64,000 nucleotides of DNA from Chthonomonadales bacterium (GCA_049967475.1 JBMFSQ010000009.1:67038-131037), one strand, 5' to 3'. Shown: positions 1 to 9,534, counted from the stretch's first letter. The notes: a model not told the origin generated them from the letters alone. Program-made: numbers and translations.

Positions 1-322
1 CTGCCTTGAACTGCTCCAGGCGCTGGGGATGGCATTGGCCGCACGTGTCCGGCGTAGGGATCTTAACTTTGGCCACGTCTGCGGCAGACTTGTGATCGCT
101 ACCGTGGCAAACAGAACACACGATGCCCATCTTGGCGTGCTTGCTGAGCCGCCAGTCATTTACGATCCCAGGCGTTACATGCTCGTGACAGCGAACGCAC
201 GCGGAGTCCGAACCCAGGGCCTTTTGCGGCGCAGGATTCTTCTGGAAATGAGCTGTGAGGGTGGTAGCCATCCCCAGCAGAACAATGGGTGTTGTTGCCA
301 GCGCTACAGGGCGCATGATCAT
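1..322 (-). CDS. Exported multiheme cytochrome c (HAO-like/multi-haem family), 5' part only; runs off window
   Basis: Manual translation from ATG 322 (AAGGAG RBS at 331-336): MIMRPVALATTPIVLLGMA...CVRCHEHVTPGIVNDWRLSKH...CSVCHG...TPDTCGQCH. Three CxxCH motifs plus a signal-like N-terminus. Not in the ORF track. Confidence 0.88.
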   Translation of the reverse strand, partial: MIMRPVALATTPIVLLGMATTLTAHFQKNPAPQKALGSDSACVRCHEHVTPGIVNDWRLSKHAKMGIVCSVCHGSDHKSAADVAKVKIPTPDTCGQCHPQRLEQFKA

Positions 323-448
323 GCGCCATCCTCCTTACAGAATTAAGTAAACCTCGTGCCGATCGCCCCGGCTACGGCGCCTCCGGCGGGTAACGCCGAG
401 GCTTCCTCAGCAGGGGTTGCGCAGCGCGGGCCATGAACCGCGCCGCCC

Positions 449-1534
449 TCAATAGACACACTCCCTGGCAGCCGATGCGTAAGCCTCCAGGCTCCGTGGC
501 GGCACGTGAAAGAAGTGGTCGCTTGGGCTCATTATATACCCGCCTCCAGGCCCATAGGCACAGAACATCTCAAGCACATGGGCCCGGATTTCTTCGGGCG
601 TGCCGATCTCTAGGCTGTTGTTCTGGTCCAGGCCGCCGATAAGAGCAACCTTGCTTCCGATGCGGGCTTTGAGCTCTTTGGGCCTGGCATCCCCTCCCAT
701 GGCGGGGGGCGTGAGGGTTTCGCTTGCGTCGCAACCATTCTCGACGATCAGGTCCAGAATGGGCATCATGCCTCCGCATGTGTGGTACACCACCTTGTGC
801 CCGATGGCATGGAGCGCATCGTGCATCCTTCGGTCGTAAGGCAGGCAGAACTCCCGATGGTATTTGGGCGAAATCACCGTGGAGCTGGCTGCGCCACCGC
901 CCGTTTCGATGAGATCGTAGCGCGCTCCAGCCAGGCTCTCCTCAATGAAGCGTTCCTTGCGCTTCCACAATACCTCTAGAAACGCGTGCACCCAATCGGG
1001 ATGATCTGCGGCTTCCATGATGAGTTCCTGCGTTCCGTAGAGGCACGTTGCGTCCTGCCAGCAGCCGCCTTGTTCCCCGCATACGAAGCCGCGGAGGATG
1101 CCGTCGTCGCCCAGGGCATCGTAATCCCGTAGAAGCGCGTCCTTGTCCAGTTTGGGGATCGGCATATACTTGGCGATGAGCTCCAAGTCCTCGTGGCGCT
1201 TCATCAGGGGAGTGATGTTCCACCGGGTTACGGCATTCTGCCCTACAATGTGGGAGAGGACGCCGCCTGGGGTGGTTACGATTACCTCGAAACGCTCTTC
1301 GCCGGGTGGAGCAGGAAGCGGCCGCGTGTCCACCACCCAGTCCGGAGACGTGTCCGGGATCACGGGGAAGCGCGCCAGGGATGCATCGAGGCCGAACCTT
1401 CGGAACGCATCCAAGTCGCTGATGCCGCCCAAGTAGGTGTTGAGGTGGAACGGTTGCCATTGATGCACCGTAGCGGGCACACGGTCGGGAACTCCCAGTT
1501 GAAGGGCCGTGAGCATCCGCTCCTTGGAGGTCAC
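449..1534 (-). CDS. Uroporphyrinogen decarboxylase / MtaA-CmuA methyltransferase family protein
   Basis: GTG start overlapping the upstream stop (GTGA); TSKERMLTALQLGVPDRVP N-terminus, HTCG motif, GGGYIMSPSDH C-terminus. Confidence 0.85.
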   Translation of the reverse strand: MTSKERMLTALQLGVPDRVPATVHQWQPFHLNTYLGGISDLDAFRRFGLDASLARFPVIPDTSPDWVVDTRPLPAPPGEERFEVIVTTPGGVLSHIVGQNAVTRWNITPLMKRHEDLELIAKYMPIPKLDKDALLRDYDALGDDGILRGFVCGEQGGCWQDATCLYGTQELIMEAADHPDWVHAFLEVLWKRKERFIEESLAGARYDLIETGGGAASSTVISPKYHREFCLPYDRRMHDALHAIGHKVVYHTCGGMMPILDLIVENGCDASETLTPPAMGGDARPKELKARIGSKVALIGGLDQNNSLEIGTPEEIRAHVLEMFCAYGPGGGYIMSPSDHFFHVPPRSLEAYASAARECVY

Positions 1535-2703
1535 CGCAATACCTTTATCCAGGTATGGGCATCTGTAAGGCGCTTGGGGCTGTTGGGATTGAGCTGCCCC
1601 ATGGGTCTGAGATTGGGCAGGTTTCGTCCCCAAACCCGGCGAGCCTCCCGCAGGTAATGGAGGTAGTTGTCCAGGGACACATCGGCAGGGACGCGGTGAT
1701 CGGGGGTGGGGATGTAACCACCCTCTTCCACCAGGGGAGCTAATCGTTCGACCTCCTGCGTAATGCCCTCTTTGGAGCCGGCCAAGATGCGCTTGCCCAC
1801 ACCGCCGATCATCAGGAGATCCTTGCCGTATTGCTTCCGATACGCCACCGGATCTGCACCCCACGTTCCCACTTCGATGGGGAACATGCAATTGACGCCG
1901 CCCTCCAACCACAACGGCACGAGTTTGGAGATATCCCCGTCGCAATCCAGAACGAACACGTCCACGCCATAGCTGCGGAAAGTCTCGGTGATGCGCCGGT
2001 AATTGGGTACGAGAACTTCCTTGAAGATCTTGGGGGATAGGAGCGGCCCTGCCCGATAGCACATATCCTCCCACATAGACACGTATTCGAAATGGATGCC
2101 GGACTTGAGAGCCGGGAGCACGGACTCAATGATGCAATCTGCCACGGTGCGCACCATCTCTTCAAACAGCGGCCGGTCGTCATAAACGAGCAGGGAGATG
2201 CGCTCCACACTCATGAGGTCGCGCAGTTTTCCGTACAGCGAACCTCCAGGGATCCCCAAAGGATAGTCGCGCTTCGGGTCGGTATACCGCTTGACGTATT
2301 CCTGCCAGTTGGCGGGATAACGCCGGGGATCGCGCCCATCCAGGCGCCACTTTACCTCCTTCTCCCAGCTTGCCCGATCCTTGAGTGTGTGGTCCAAGTG
2401 GCGCGGGATAGAGCCCAGAAACTTGCCCTGCTCTTTGGTGACACCATCTCCGTCGCGCACGATGATCGTGTCTCCCCTGTCTTCCAAGACCACAGTCTCG
2501 AAGCCGGGACAGAGGAACGTGTTGATGGGCGCCACGATCCACTGGGGATCCATGCCGAACCACTCATCCAGGTTCACGCCCCTAGGTAGGCCATAATCCT
2601 GCCAAATGACAATCGTTTCGTCCCAAAAACCGAAGTCCATTATGGGGCAACGGTCTACCGGCCGAAAGTGCATGGTGGCATCGAAGCGCTCACGCGCGTT
2701 CAT
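1531..2703 (-). CDS. Uroporphyrinogen decarboxylase / MtaA-CmuA family protein
   Basis: MNARERF...VDRCP, WEDMCYRAGPLLSP, DCDG, GGYIPTPDHRVP motifs. Confidence 0.85.
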   Translation of the reverse strand: MNARERFDATMHFRPVDRCPIMDFGFWDETIVIWQDYGLPRGVNLDEWFGMDPQWIVAPINTFLCPGFETVVLEDRGDTIIVRDGDGVTKEQGKFLGSIPRHLDHTLKDRASWEKEVKWRLDGRDPRRYPANWQEYVKRYTDPKRDYPLGIPGGSLYGKLRDLMSVERISLLVYDDRPLFEEMVRTVADCIIESVLPALKSGIHFEYVSMWEDMCYRAGPLLSPKIFKEVLVPNYRRITETFRSYGVDVFVLDCDGDISKLVPLWLEGGVNCMFPIEVGTWGADPVAYRKQYGKDLLMIGGVGKRILAGSKEGITQEVERLAPLVEEGGYIPTPDHRVPADVSLDNYLHYLREARRVWGRNLPNLRPMGQLNPNSPKRLTDAHTWIKVLR

Positions 2704-2808
2704 ACTTCGTTTCCCTTCTTCTTCTCTCTTTATCTTCCCGGATCCCCAACGCATCCCGCAAGCCCGGCCGAAAAGCACCCAACCGCGCGTCTCTTCCGTT
2801 GGCCCTTC

Positions 2809-3678
2809 TTACCGAAGCATCTTCGCGAGAGCTGCAATGAATTCAGGACCCGTCCCGCAACATCCCCCGATGAAGTCTGCCCCTCCCTCCACAAGCAACA
2901 AGGCGGCCTCTGCAAACTCTGTGGGACCCGTTTGGTAGACGGCCTTCCCATCTACGAGGACGGGCAGGCCTGCGTTTGGCTTGATCCAACACGGGGCTGA
3001 GCTGGCTGCGCGGATGCGCCGGCAGACTTCCAGCATGTCCCGAGCGCCGACGCCGCAGTTAGCGCCCACAGATGTGGCTCCGGATTGAAGCAATGCTTCT
3101 ACCGCCTGTTCGGGCGTTACGCCCATCATAGTGCGATCCTTGTTGCGCCCGGCATCGAACACCATGCAGGCCACCACAGGCAGGCCGACTTCTACAGCAG
3201 CAGACACGGCGAGGCGTGCCTCTTCCAAATCTGTCATGGTCTCCACCACCACCGCATCGGCGCCGGCCTCGGCCATCGCCTGTGCCTGCTGAAGAAACGA
3301 GGCCCGCACCTCTTGGGGACTTACCTCGCCCATAGCCAGCATTTTCCCGGTAGGACCCATGGACGCGAAGACGCGGGCGGCTCCGGCTGCGGCGCGTCGA
3401 GAGATCTCCACACCGGCCCGGTTTATCGCATGCGCCTTATCTGCCAATCCGTGCCGCGCCAATGCGATGGACGAGGCGCCGAACGTGTTGGTGAGGATCA
3501 CGCGGCTGCCGGCAGCCACATACGCCCGGGCTACTTCCTCCACTCGGTCGGGATGGTGCAGGTTCCATACATCGGGACAGGCGCCGATCGGCAGTCCGCG
3601 CGCTTGGAGCTGGGTACCCCAGGCACCATCGGTGAGTACAGGCCGCTCCGCGGCGAGTTCCTCGATTACATTAGGCAA
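2809..3678 (-). CDS. Homocysteine S-methyltransferase (stand-alone MetH N-terminal Hcy-binding domain)
   Basis: DGAWGTQL, ILTNTFGA, GANCG, KPNAGLP and GGCCG Zn-ligand motifs; TTG start with GGAGGA RBS. Confidence 0.93.
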   Translation of the reverse strand: MPNVIEELAAERPVLTDGAWGTQLQARGLPIGACPDVWNLHHPDRVEEVARAYVAAGSRVILTNTFGASSIALARHGLADKAHAINRAGVEISRRAAAGAARVFASMGPTGKMLAMGEVSPQEVRASFLQQAQAMAEAGADAVVVETMTDLEEARLAVSAAVEVGLPVVACMVFDAGRNKDRTMMGVTPEQAVEALLQSGATSVGANCGVGARDMLEVCRRIRAASSAPCWIKPNAGLPVLVDGKAVYQTGPTEFAEAALLLVEGGADFIGGCCGTGPEFIAALAKMLR

Positions 3679-3739
3679 GAAGATGTCCTCCGCGGTTCAT
3701 AGGTTCAGGGATCATGCGGTGCGCCGGCCGACACGGAGA

Positions 3740-5152
3740 TTACCCTTCCAGGCAGTACTCCCGGGGCAGATACGGCGCATCGGCCAGGGCGGGCATCATT
3801 TCGGCGATGAAGCGCTCTTCATCCTCCGGCAGACTGTCGGCCTCGCGGGAAAGGCGATCCAACCAGCGCGTCTCGTTGGCTGGGATGTGCACTTCGCCGG
3901 CGGCTTTCCCGCGCCTTAGTTCTTCCAGTGCAGCAAGCACGGCACGGCGCGTGCGCAGGTACGGCGTGGCTTCCGCGGCGATAGCAGAAGACACTCGCAG
4001 GACTACGTCGGGCCGCAGTACATACGCCTGGGCGTCCCGCGGGGCGTCGGATTCGGAGAGCCAATCCCGCAACACCTGAGCTCCTCCGGGATGGGATGCA
4101 GCTACGTTCATCAACCGGCAGTCGTAGACCAATTGCTCCAGGCTCACTGTAGGAGCATTGGTGGAGAGCAGGCGCACGTTCTGCATCGATTCGTTGGACC
4201 AGCAATCGCACACAGCCTGGGACACATTCCCTACGGGGCTCAGGTGTGCACCTGCTGCCGTACGTCCTTCCATGGAGATGGGGACGCCGGCAATCGCCTT
4301 GATGTAGGGTCCTTCGTAGGCGCAATCTTTGCTGGGCCCTATAGCCCCTGTCTCATAGGCCACGAGGCCGCGCGGAACCGACGCCACCCGCACCACGGCA
4401 GCAAACACCGTAGGGATCATATGCTTGTCTGCCAGCACCATAGCCGTGTTGGCAAAGCCGCAGGCCGTGTCGCCGGAAGGAACGATGCCGCCCTCCCGGC
4501 ATGCAGACACGATCTCCCCCCACAAAAAGCGCATGTCCCGCGGCGCCAGCACGCCCAAGGCGAACACCATCGTGCGAAGATCGGCCTGCATCAAGCCCTC
4601 GTCACTGATCTCCTTTCCGCCTGTGGACTCGATGGCGATAAGGTCCGCCCCGGCCTTTGCCGCCGTGTGGAACAGTTCTACCATGCCCTCCCAGTAGTAT
4701 CCGCCGCGCATGCGGGGAGGCCGCACATGATCCCGCGTGTCGTTGGGAGTAAGGCGTAGCGCCGCTCTTAGTCCGTGCTTCTCAAAGGCCCTCTCGAGGT
4801 TTTCAGCCAACAGCGAAGTGATCTCGGCGCCCCACTTCGGATGCACCGTCATAGGGGGAAGCGTCTCGAACTCTACGAGTAGGTCCTCTACCCCAAGCTC
4901 CACCGCGCGCTGGGTCACGCCGCTGATCATCTCGGTGTATTGGCGCCGGATCTCAGCCCAGTTCTCTTCGTTGATGTCTATAGGCGGCAGGGTAAAGTTG
5001 ATCTCAGGGATCACTCTGCCCGCGCCGATCACCAACCCTCGGCCGCATTGCACGGGGCGCGGCGCAATCCCAAAAACGAAATCATCCAGGCTGGTAATCG
5101 CCAGGGCCGAGCCACTCTGCAGCTCTGCAGCCTCCGATGTACAAGCCGTCAT
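3740..5152 (-). CDS. mtaB: Methanol:corrinoid methyltransferase MtaB-like
   Basis: FVFGIAPRPV N-terminus; IESTGGKE, GDTACGFAN, GPSKDCAYE (Glu/Cys/Cys Zn ligands), EGRTAA, WSNES motifs of the MtaB family. Confidence 0.88.
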   Translation of the reverse strand: MTACTSEAAELQSGSALAITSLDDFVFGIAPRPVQCGRGLVIGAGRVIPEINFTLPPIDINEENWAEIRRQYTEMISGVTQRAVELGVEDLLVEFETLPPMTVHPKWGAEITSLLAENLERAFEKHGLRAALRLTPNDTRDHVRPPRMRGGYYWEGMVELFHTAAKAGADLIAIESTGGKEISDEGLMQADLRTMVFALGVLAPRDMRFLWGEIVSACREGGIVPSGDTACGFANTAMVLADKHMIPTVFAAVVRVASVPRGLVAYETGAIGPSKDCAYEGPYIKAIAGVPISMEGRTAAGAHLSPVGNVSQAVCDCWSNESMQNVRLLSTNAPTVSLEQLVYDCRLMNVAASHPGGAQVLRDWLSESDAPRDAQAYVLRPDVVLRVSSAIAAEATPYLRTRRAVLAALEELRRGKAAGEVHIPANETRWLDRLSREADSLPEDEERFIAEMMPALADAPYLPREYCLEG

Positions 5153-5165
5153 GGGGCACCTCCTC

Positions 5166-5801
5166 TCACGCTGCCACGAGCTCCCGTGCTACGCGCACCG
5201 CTCCGCTGGCATTGTCGCTGAAGCCGTCGGCGCCAATTTCGTCGGCGTAACGCTGCGTCACAGGCGCCCCGCCGATCATTACCTTCACCCGGTCGCGAAT
5301 GCCTGCCTCCTTGAGCGCCTCGATGGTGGTCTTCATCCCAGGCATCGTTGTAGTAAGTAATGCGGACACGGCTACGATCTGCGCACCCTTCTCCTGTACT
5401 GTTTGCACGAAGCGCTCGGGGCTCACATCCACACCCAGGTCAATCACTTCGAAACCGCCGCCCTCCAACATCGCGGCCACGAGGTTCTTGCCGATATCGT
5501 GCAGGTCCCCCCGTACGGTGCCTATCACCACCTTCCCCACCGGCTTGGCGCCGGTACCCACCAGGATCGGCTTGACGATCTCTAGTGCGCCTTTCATAGC
5601 CCGCGCCGCGATGAGGAGCTCAGGAACGAAGTACTCGTTGGCTTCAAACAAACGACCCACCTCATCCATGGCTGGGATCATGTAGTCATTCAGCAGCGTT
5701 TGGGGATCCACCCCCTCGTTGATTGCCTGTTGCGTCACCGCCTTCGCAGTCGGCGCATCACCCTCGAGGATCGCCGTGTACAACGGCTTCAGATCGGTCA
5801 T
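5166..5801 (-). CDS. Corrinoid (B12-binding) protein, MtaC/MttC/MetH-cap type
   Basis: EYFVPELLIAARAMK cap domain; GDLHDIGKNLV (DxHxxG), SALLTTT, GGAP motifs. Confidence 0.95.
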   Translation of the reverse strand: MTDLKPLYTAILEGDAPTAKAVTQQAINEGVDPQTLLNDYMIPAMDEVGRLFEANEYFVPELLIAARAMKGALEIVKPILVGTGAKPVGKVVIGTVRGDLHDIGKNLVAAMLEGGGFEVIDLGVDVSPERFVQTVQEKGAQIVAVSALLTTTMPGMKTTIEALKEAGIRDRVKVMIGGAPVTQRYADEIGADGFSDNASGAVRVARELVAA

Positions 5802-5854
5802 TGCCCTTTCCTTTCGGACTGCACGTGGTATGGTTCATTCGCGGAGCAGAATGC

Positions 5855-6118
5855 TCAACGATAAGGCCCATTAAAAAGGAAGTCTCCACGGTTTGGTGCC
5901 ACAGCGTATGCGCGGGCGAGCGACACGGGATCCACTTCGATGGCTTGCTCCGGACACACGGCGATGCAGCGCGCCGGCGCGGCCATCCCCGCGCAATCCG
6001 TGCACCGGTCCGCAGCGACAAGGTAAGTGCCAAGGATTTCGGTAACCGCACCTATGGGACATGCCTCCAGACACGCGCCACAGCGGGTGCACCGTTCTTG
6101 CACAATGTGTTTCGCCAT
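5855..6118 (-). CDS. 2[4Fe-4S] ferredoxin
   Basis: CTRCGACLEACP and CTDC-x8-CIAVCP motifs; GGAGG RBS. Confidence 0.9.
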   Translation of the reverse strand: MAKHIVQERCTRCGACLEACPIGAVTEILGTYLVAADRCTDCAGMAAPARCIAVCPEQAIEVDPVSLARAYAVAPNRGDFLFNGPYR

Positions 6119-6299
6119 GGAACGCCTCCATTCCCTCGGGGGAATTCCGACGATGCCCTCAACTCTCTGTCAAAGATTAACAGAGCTCATCGCCCCAAAC
6201 AATAGTAAGGTGGTACTTCCCTTCGGTACTCCAGTACGCCTGCGCCGCGGGACGCACAAAAGCGAAACCAGATGCACAGGTCCAATTTCCCTCCAGCCC

Positions 6300-6328
6300 A
6301 TTATGGATGAAGCGTCCGCTGACGTCAA
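6300..6328 (-). promoter_or_regulatory. Sigma70-type promoter of the ferredoxin/corrinoid operon
   Basis: TTGACG-17 nt-CATAAT on the minus strand. Confidence 0.65.
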
Positions 6329-8964
6329 CCCCCCGCGCGCCGCACGAGCACCCGAACCTGATAGGGCCCCATCGTAACCCGGAAGGGACCATCGGCAACG
6401 ATCCTCTCGCCGCCCATCGCATCTTCCCAAACAACCTTCCCTGAACCCGAAAGAAGCCTCACAGTGGACCGGACCGATGCCGCGTTGAAACTGATGAGCA
6501 CAAGCGCCACGCTCCTCCCCGCCTTCCGCAAACATGCGAACACTCCGCCGGATGCTGCCACCCCACCCGTGTCACACGAACCCCGAGCCAGCGCCGGTAT
6601 CCGCCGCTTAAGCCCATAGATGCGGCGCAGGAACTCAACACTGGAGGGCCCCACACCCTTCTTGTAGATCGAAGGGTCTTCATCGCCCTGGTAGAGCATG
6701 GGCACGCCGTCAATCAGCGCGCAAAGTGCCATCAATGCGTGCATCTTCTGGAGCCCATACACTTGGAGCGGTCTTTTCTTTTGAAACGTCCACGACACGG
6801 TGTCGTGGTTGCTGATCCACCGCATCTTGAGGGCGCCAGGCGGCAACGTCAAAGCCTGGTCATGAAGGAATTGCTGCAGCGCGCGCGCCCATTCTGCAGG
6901 CGCGGCATTGCGATCCTGCAGGTCCATCATCAGGAAATAGAGCTGGGCATCGTACGTAAGGTCTGCGTCCCGGTAGAAGATATTAGCGCCTGTATATTCC
7001 TCCGGGAGGAGCAGCGCATAGGGATGCACTTGAAGGAACCCCTGCCGAATGGCATGGTCCATTGCCAAGCCGCCGCCGAGCGTCGAGAAGCTGGGCCGCT
7101 TGCCGGGAACAGGCTGCCAGTTGACTGGGCTGCCCGCTGCCACATCCACGCGTGCGCCGACTGCACCGTATTCCCGTGCATCCCATGCCGCTACCCGGCG
7201 CATGTAATCCTGCCATCCCGGGTTGGCATAGTCGAAGGACACTTGGCCCCACTTGTAGTGCGCCGACCCGTCGGGGTTTCGGCAAATCCAGTCCGGGTGG
7301 TCCCGCGCCAAGGGAGTGATGTCCGGCGGCCCGTGGGGTACTAAATCGAATATGAGCCGAATCCCGGCTTGTGCACAGGTTGCCGACAGCTCCTTCAACT
7401 CTTCGGGAGTGCCGTAGAGAGGGCTGATCTTGAAATGGTCGAAGGGAGAATAGAGGTTCCAGCGCGTTCCGTCGCCATGTTCCCATATGGGCAGAAGCCA
7501 GAGCAAGGTGATGCCCATGCGCTTCAATACCGGGACGTACTCACGCAGCCGATTGAAGCCGCCGTACCCCCGGAAGTTCATCTCGGGCGTGCCGCCTGGA
7601 TGCCCGCAATACATCACCTGCTCGCTCAGCCTGGGCAGCCCCCGGCTCGGGGCTTTCAGGCCGATATCGGAATAGACGCTTTGCACGCCGCGGAGGACGG
7701 CATCCCGGGTGCCGTGCATCAACCACAAGTACTGAACACCCAAGGCAACGCCCTCGCCAGGCTTGAGGGGCGCCAGAATGTTCTGGGTATGCCGGATCTC
7801 GGCACCGTCGCCTCGGCGCACCACGGATACCGGCGTGTACTCTTCTTCGCAATGAAACCACGTCCCTACTCCGCACCGATCTCTCGCAGACCAAAGAATG
7901 GCAAGGGGGTCCTGGGAGCGCGGTGCGATCGCGCCGCCCTCCAACATCCTGTTCACGGGACTGTCCCCAACAGGAAGACTGCCTGGGAAGGCTATGGCCT
8001 CATCGGGGCCAACCCGGATGGGCGGTGTACACAGAGAGGTGGCGCTGAGCGTTTTTGACGTGGACCCTACGTTCCGAACGAAGAGCTGCCGCAGGATCCA
8101 CGGCCGCCGCGGAGGAACGACATAGCGAAGCGTGTATTCCCAACCGTCCGATCGCGTGGTTAATTCCAGGGTGGTACCCTCACGTGAGCGGCGCACCGCA
8201 AAGGCGGAAAGAGGCGAAATTGGAGCTTCTCCTCCTCGCAATGCAGGGGAGACGCCGATAGCGACAGGCCCTCCGATACCCCCGTCGTAGGCTCCGTTGG
8301 TCACCTTGATCAAGAGCACATTGGGGCGATCGGGACGGAGCACTCGCGCCGGAACCGAGTAGCGGCGAGGCACCTCCCAATGATGCGGGGTCTCGGGACC
8401 TGTGGATCCTACCTCCACACCGTTGACGTACGTCGTGTCGAAGTCGTCTACAGAACCGATGAGCAGAACCAGGTTCCTGCCTGCCCATGCGTGAGGGATC
8501 GAGAACTGCGTGCGGTACCAGAAATTGCCGATGCGGTTGTGGAGGCGATCGTCGCCCGCCCCGCGGACGCTTGGGATTGGGGTGGGGTGCCATTGAAGAA
8601 CATCGAAGCGGCCCTTCAGCAGCGCACCGGCTTCTGAGGCTTCGGAAGTCCCAGGCGCAAAGACCCACTGCCCCTCCAAAGACACCGCGTCCCCTCGATC
8701 AATGGCGCGCCGGATGGATGCACCATTAGGAGGCTTCGGAACCGACACGCCTAAAACCGCCCGGAGTGGCGCATCTACGAGCAGGTTGCGGCCCGAAGCC
8801 AAGTCGAGCCATTCCACCCAACCGCCGGATGCGCGGTCAAACGAAAGCCGGAAGTACTTGTTTTGAAGCACAATCGGCGCATCCATGGTACGCCCGGGCA
8901 GGGAAGCGCACGGGATCGCCAACAGGAAGGGCCCCAAGATCGCTCCTTGCCGCCATTTCCTCAT
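6325..8964 (-). CDS. Exported alpha-amylase family (GH13) glycoside hydrolase with N-terminal galactose-binding-like/GH2-type domain
   Basis: Signal peptide; VSLEGQW/WYRTQF/GSVDDFDTTYVNG beta-sandwich; WLLPI, YGTPEEL, DLVPH, RVDVA, PEE, NHD, GVPMLYQG GH13 motifs. Confidence 0.85.
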   Translation of the reverse strand: MRKWRQGAILGPFLLAIPCASLPGRTMDAPIVLQNKYFRLSFDRASGGWVEWLDLASGRNLLVDAPLRAVLGVSVPKPPNGASIRRAIDRGDAVSLEGQWVFAPGTSEASEAGALLKGRFDVLQWHPTPIPSVRGAGDDRLHNRIGNFWYRTQFSIPHAWAGRNLVLLIGSVDDFDTTYVNGVEVGSTGPETPHHWEVPRRYSVPARVLRPDRPNVLLIKVTNGAYDGGIGGPVAIGVSPALRGGEAPISPLSAFAVRRSREGTTLELTTRSDGWEYTLRYVVPPRRPWILRQLFVRNVGSTSKTLSATSLCTPPIRVGPDEAIAFPGSLPVGDSPVNRMLEGGAIAPRSQDPLAILWSARDRCGVGTWFHCEEEYTPVSVVRRGDGAEIRHTQNILAPLKPGEGVALGVQYLWLMHGTRDAVLRGVQSVYSDIGLKAPSRGLPRLSEQVMYCGHPGGTPEMNFRGYGGFNRLREYVPVLKRMGITLLWLLPIWEHGDGTRWNLYSPFDHFKISPLYGTPEELKELSATCAQAGIRLIFDLVPHGPPDITPLARDHPDWICRNPDGSAHYKWGQVSFDYANPGWQDYMRRVAAWDAREYGAVGARVDVAAGSPVNWQPVPGKRPSFSTLGGGLAMDHAIRQGFLQVHPYALLLPEEYTGANIFYRDADLTYDAQLYFLMMDLQDRNAAPAEWARALQQFLHDQALTLPPGALKMRWISNHDTVSWTFQKKRPLQVYGLQKMHALMALCALIDGVPMLYQGDEDPSIYKKGVGPSSVEFLRRIYGLKRRIPALARGSCDTGGVAASGGVFACLRKAGRSVALVLISFNAASVRSTVRLLSGSGKVVWEDAMGGERIVADGPFRVTMGPYQVRVLVRRAGG

Positions 8965-9018
8965 TGCATTGCCCTGCAGCCGAACAACGGGAAGTGCCTG
9001 ATCGTACGAGGTCTGCCG

Positions 9019-9534
9019 TTAGAGGTGGATACGAGCGCCCAGCATCAGAACCGTAACGCTTCGCACGGCCACCAAATCCGCTTCGACGCCTACATAGCGT
9101 GACAGGTTGTAGCCCCCTATGAGCTTGATGCCCACATCACGAAACCTGCCGCCCCAATTGCGAACCGTCATGAGGCTCACACCCCCTCCGAAGTAGAGCG
9201 GGTGCTCCACATTGATTTGCGAAAGCGCAAAACCCCGGCCGATCTGCCGCCCGTTGTCACCCCAAAGCACGCCGGACCGCCAATCGTCGTAATCGAGGCG
9301 TCCCATCCAGCCTCGATCCACGCCAAGGCCCGTCGAAGCGAAGTCCACGCCCCCAAGCACTCCACCAAGATTATTGTTGGTGAAGCCTACGCGCAAACCA
9401 AGTTCCACACGGCGAGCGTGCCACGGCAGGTCGTTGCCGGATGCGCGCGCCCACACGGGCACCCCTGTGGCTGCCGTCAGGATCGCCGCAGCAACCCCCC
9501 ACCGCGCCAATCGTTTCATCCAAGTGACACTCAT
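9019..9534 (-). CDS. Exported small beta-barrel-like outer-membrane protein (hypothetical)
   Basis: GAGGAG RBS, signal peptide ending VWA, amphipathic strands (YFGGGVS, IGGYNLSRYVGVEAD). Confidence 0.6.
   Translation of the reverse strand: MSVTWMKRLARWGVAAAILTAATGVPVWARASGNDLPWHARRVELGLRVGFTNNNLGGVLGGVDFASTGLGVDRGWMGRLDYDDWRSGVLWGDNGRQIGRGFALSQINVEHPLYFGGGVSLMTVRNWGGRFRDVGIKLIGGYNLSRYVGVEADLVAVRSVTVLMLGARIHL

Noticed and set aside
1535..2074. N-terminal extension of the 541-aa ORF (449..2074)
   Set aside because: Out-of-frame overlap with the upstream UroD-family gene; the family N-terminus and GTGA coupling place the start at 1534.
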